Under the pieces are notes generated by a model. It was not told the origin of the DNA. It did not search any database and saw only the letters and a program-made list of their open reading frames with translations. Positions 61,430 through 64,000 of a stretch of 64,000 nt of DNA are shown in pieces. Made by a program: the position numbers and the translations under genes. The stretch comes from an uncultured Thermoplasmata archaeon (GTDB taxonomy: Archaea > Thermoplasmatota > Thermoplasmata > UBA10834): assembly GCA_963719945.1 (NCBI GenBank), contig CAVRDX010000004.1, positions 160,001 to 224,000 on the forward strand. Reading direction: 5' to 3'. How positions within the stretch are numbered: position 1 is the first letter of the stretch; every line of letters starts with the position of its first letter.

Positions 61430-62068
61430 TCATATCACCTTGAATGAAGGGCCCATGGTCGTTTTGACATAGGCCGATCGGATGTTCATCTTGCCTCTCT
61501 CCAGCTTGGATGTCAGCCTCTTGATCACCGCATCGAGGTTCTCAGCGAGCTGTTCTGGAGTCATCTCCTTCGTTCCGATTGGCAGGTGAAAGGTCTTCTT
61601 GTCCCTCGTCCTGACGGTGACGCTCACCTTCAGCTTCTCTATGACCGTCTTCGGGTCCGAGCCTGGCGGGATCGGCTTCGGCATCTTGCCCCTGGGGGCG
61701 AGGATTATACCTAGCCTCTTACCGATCGTGGGCATCAGAGGTGCTTCGGCTACGAAGAAATCGTTCGCCCTGGCGAACTTCTTCGCCTTCGTCTTGTCCT
61801 TGGCTATCTCCTCGATCTCCTCTGGTTGTACGATTGCATCGGCGACGCCTTTGGCCTTCACTGCCATCTCAGAACCGCCGAATACGCCGACCTTGACCTC
61901 TCTCCCACGTCCGTGCGGGAGCATGACCTCCTCTTGTATCCTGTTCTTCGGATTGCTGAGGTCAATGTCCTTCAGGTTTATCGCGAGCTCGACCGATTCT
62001 ACAAAATTCCTTTTCTTGGACTCGGCCTGAAGCTTCTTCATGATTTCAATCAGATGTTGGTCTACCAC
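61430..62068 (-). CDS. rpl1: Ribosomal protein uL1
   Basis: RNFVESVELAINL, LPHGRG, PRGKMP, KTTMGP. Confidence 0.97.
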   Translation of the reverse strand: MVDQHLIEIMKKLQAESKKRNFVESVELAINLKDIDLSNPKNRIQEEVMLPHGRGREVKVGVFGGSEMAVKAKGVADAIVQPEEIEEIAKDKTKAKKFARANDFFVAEAPLMPTIGKRLGIILAPRGKMPKPIPPGSDPKTVIEKLKVSVTVRTRDKKTFHLPIGTKEMTPEQLAENLDAVIKRLTSKLERGKMNIRSAYVKTTMGPSFKVI

Positions 62069-62082
62069 TGTGAACCCTCCGC

Positions 62083-62115
62083 TGTAGTCCCTGCGAGCAC
62101 GAAAGCTCTCCTACA
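62083..62115 (-). promoter_or_regulatory. Candidate uL1 autoregulatory leader hairpin
   Basis: UGUAG-GA-GAGC-UUUCGU-GCUC-GCAGGGA-CUACA directly before the GGAGG SD; TTATAAA box at about 62148-62154. Confidence 0.6.
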
Positions 62116-62281
62116 TGCCTAGGGAAATGAGCGAATGACGAATTGGTTTATAAGCCTTTCGTGTCCCCAATGTCGCCATCTGGCGACTGGCTAGAATCAG
62201 TCGGGGCTCTTCATGGCATCATCAGGCAAATGATTTAACGCTGCCGAGGCAATGCATAGCATGCCTTGGAGGGCGAGCAGG

Positions 62282-63685
62282 TTGGTTCGGAGGATAGTGA
62301 TAGTCGGCGCTGGTTGCGGCGGGGGTACGGCTGCCCAATTCGCGAGGAAGACGGACCGTGTGGCCGAGATTACAATGATAGAGCGAGAGAACTATCCACA
62401 GTATTCTCGTTGCGGTCTACCCTATGGCATATCCGGGGTCATACCGGAGCTTACGAACCTGATCGAGGCACCCGAGGAGCGATTGAAGAAGAACAGGATA
62501 GGTCTCATGCTCGGCACCGAGGTCACTTCCGTTGATCCAGGATCAAAAGTGGTCCACGCTAGGAAGTCCGATGGTGAGGGGGTCGAACTCCCTTACGACA
62601 GCCTGATCTTGGCGACGGGCGCGATGGCTTGGGTGCCAAACATCAAGGGCGCGTTCAAGGAAGGCAGCGAGGAGTTGAAGCAGGGCGTCTTCGTACTTCG
62701 GACGATCGAGGATGCCAGGGGGATACAATCCCTGGCGTCCAAAGGCAAGCGAGCAGTGGTCGTGGGTGCGGGCCTGGTCGGGTTGGAGGTGGCAGAGGCC
62801 CTCATGGTCCGCGGATGCAAGGTGACCATAATCGAGTACCTGTCAAACTGCATACTCGCGATGGTCGATGATGACATGGCCCAGATGATGGCCGATGCCA
62901 TCAGGCGACATGATGTGAAGATGTTCAACGAGTTCGAGGTCACCGAGATACTTGGCGATGACCACGCGAACTGTGTGGTCGCAGTCGACCGTAAGACCAA
63001 GGAGGAGCGGACGTTCTACGCCGATGTGATAGTCATAGCCACCGGCCAGAGGGGAGAGACCAAACTGGCCAAGCAGGTCGGGTGCGATGTCGGGGACACC
63101 AAGCAGATCGTCGTTGATGACAGGTGCGAGACATGCATGAAAGGCGTCTTCTCCGTTGGTGATTGCACGGAGTATCCTGATCTGATAACTGGAAAGCCGA
63201 CCGTGAGCGGATTGGGCACGATAGCCGTCAAGATGGCCATGGTGGCCGGCATCAACGCCGCGGGAGGGGACGAGAGGCTGCCGAAAGGTTTCCTGCAGAC
63301 TAGGGCAACGGAACCTTTCGGATGTCAGGTGGCTGCAGTTGGGCCAACATCCGCGCAGCTGGAGCAGCACGGCATCAAGCCGATCATCGGCAAGGTCCGA
63401 GGGTTCACGTTGCCAGACTACTATCCTGGCCGGAAGGAAATATACGTCAAAGTCCTCGCACACCCGGACGATGGGAAGATACTGGGCGCTCAGATAGTCG
63501 GGGAGGACAGGGTTCACATGCGGGTTAACGCGTACGCAGTCGCCCTACAGGCGGGCATGACGGTGCACGAGTTCGCGCAGCTGGAGACCGCATATTGTCC
63601 TCCCGCAGCGCCAACCATGGACGTGATCACGATCGCATGCGAGGCTGTCAGACTTAAGCTCGCCAGAGGCGCAGCTAAGAGTTGA
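62282..63685 (+). CDS. FAD-dependent NADH oxidase / CoA-disulfide reductase family protein
   Basis: GAGCGG, YSRCGLPY redox Cys, LATGA, GAGLVGLE, VGDC, ETAYCPP. Confidence 0.9.
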   Translation: MVRRIVIVGAGCGGGTAAQFARKTDRVAEITMIERENYPQYSRCGLPYGISGVIPELTNLIEAPEERLKKNRIGLMLGTEVTSVDPGSKVVHARKSDGEGVELPYDSLILATGAMAWVPNIKGAFKEGSEELKQGVFVLRTIEDARGIQSLASKGKRAVVVGAGLVGLEVAEALMVRGCKVTIIEYLSNCILAMVDDDMAQMMADAIRRHDVKMFNEFEVTEILGDDHANCVVAVDRKTKEERTFYADVIVIATGQRGETKLAKQVGCDVGDTKQIVVDDRCETCMKGVFSVGDCTEYPDLITGKPTVSGLGTIAVKMAMVAGINAAGGDERLPKGFLQTRATEPFGCQVAAVGPTSAQLEQHGIKPIIGKVRGFTLPDYYPGRKEIYVKVLAHPDDGKILGAQIVGEDRVHMRVNAYAVALQAGMTVHEFAQLETAYCPPAAPTMDVITIACEAVRLKLARGAAKS

Positions 63686-63710
63686 CACTCCCTACATGAG
63701 CCAGGTGGTC

Positions 63711-64000
63711 TTAGAAAACGCCCGCGTAGCCGCCAGCGTCCATTTCCTTAATGAGGTCCTTGGGGTCCTTGCCATCCACGGTCACTCCCATGGACACGCA
63801 TGTTCCGACGACCTCTCTGAACCTGGACTTCTTGTCCTTGCCCAGCATCGAGTCCTTCTTCATCTCTGCGATCTTCAGAGCCTGCTGGATGCTCAGGTTG
63901 CCGACCTTGGTCGACTTGGGGCTGCCGCTCCCCTTCTCGATCTTGATCTCCTTCAAGATCAGCGCGGTCGTGGGCGGCGTACCAACCTTGATCTCAAAAC
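63711..64000 (-). CDS. rpl11: Ribosomal protein uL11 (5'-partial)
   Basis: [31 protein letters not shown]. Confidence 0.95.
   Translation of the reverse strand, partial: FEIKVGTPPTTALILKEIKIEKGSGSPKSTKVGNLSIQQALKIAEMKKDSMLGKDKKSRFREVVGTCVSMGVTVDGKDPKDLIKEMDAGGYAGVF

Noticed and set aside
1-64000. CRISPR arrays, transposases, integrases, rRNA, inteins
   Set aside because: No regularly spaced repeats, transposase or integrase motifs, rRNA-like tracts or intein signatures were seen.

Overview
Archaeal chromosomal DNA, most consistent with a Thermoplasmatota (Thermoplasmata/Methanomassiliicoccales-related) genome. This is inferred from gene content: A-type ATP synthase, PolD small subunit, TFB, Gar1, EndA, Cdc48, Orc1/Cdc6, ribosomal P-stalk proteins and DUF835 proteins. 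The window is gene-dense and mostly housekeeping: atpA-B-D, glnA, acdA, DP1, hsp20-cdc48, endA, gap, gar1-tfb, pps-ahcY, purE-guaAB-guaAA, rtcA, antiporters, rocD, tRNA-Gly(CCC), asnS, gcvT-M42-M20, orc1 and rpl11/rpl1/rplP0/rpl12. No CRISPR array, rRNA or intact mobile element was seen. The most striking item is a full-length, uninterrupted IleRS-like gene whose two class I ATP-binding motifs are degenerate (HIGH->HFGD, KMSKS->KMRNV) while its tRNA-binding, Zn and editing residues are kept, so it may be a non-aminoacylating paralog. Other highlights are a CYTH/V4R/KaiC/DUF835 signalling cluster; a 1162-aa pilin/FG-GAP adhesin divergent from a truncated STAND regulator with a degenerate Walker A; an oxidoreductase inserted into the rpl11-rpl1 operon between 8-bp direct repeats, next to a uL1-type leader hairpin; three small genes missed by the ORF track (one ending the ATP synthase operon); a frameshift that fuses a membrane protein to PurE; and a bacterial-type class I GAPDH. 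All family calls are from motif recognition by eye; no searches were run.
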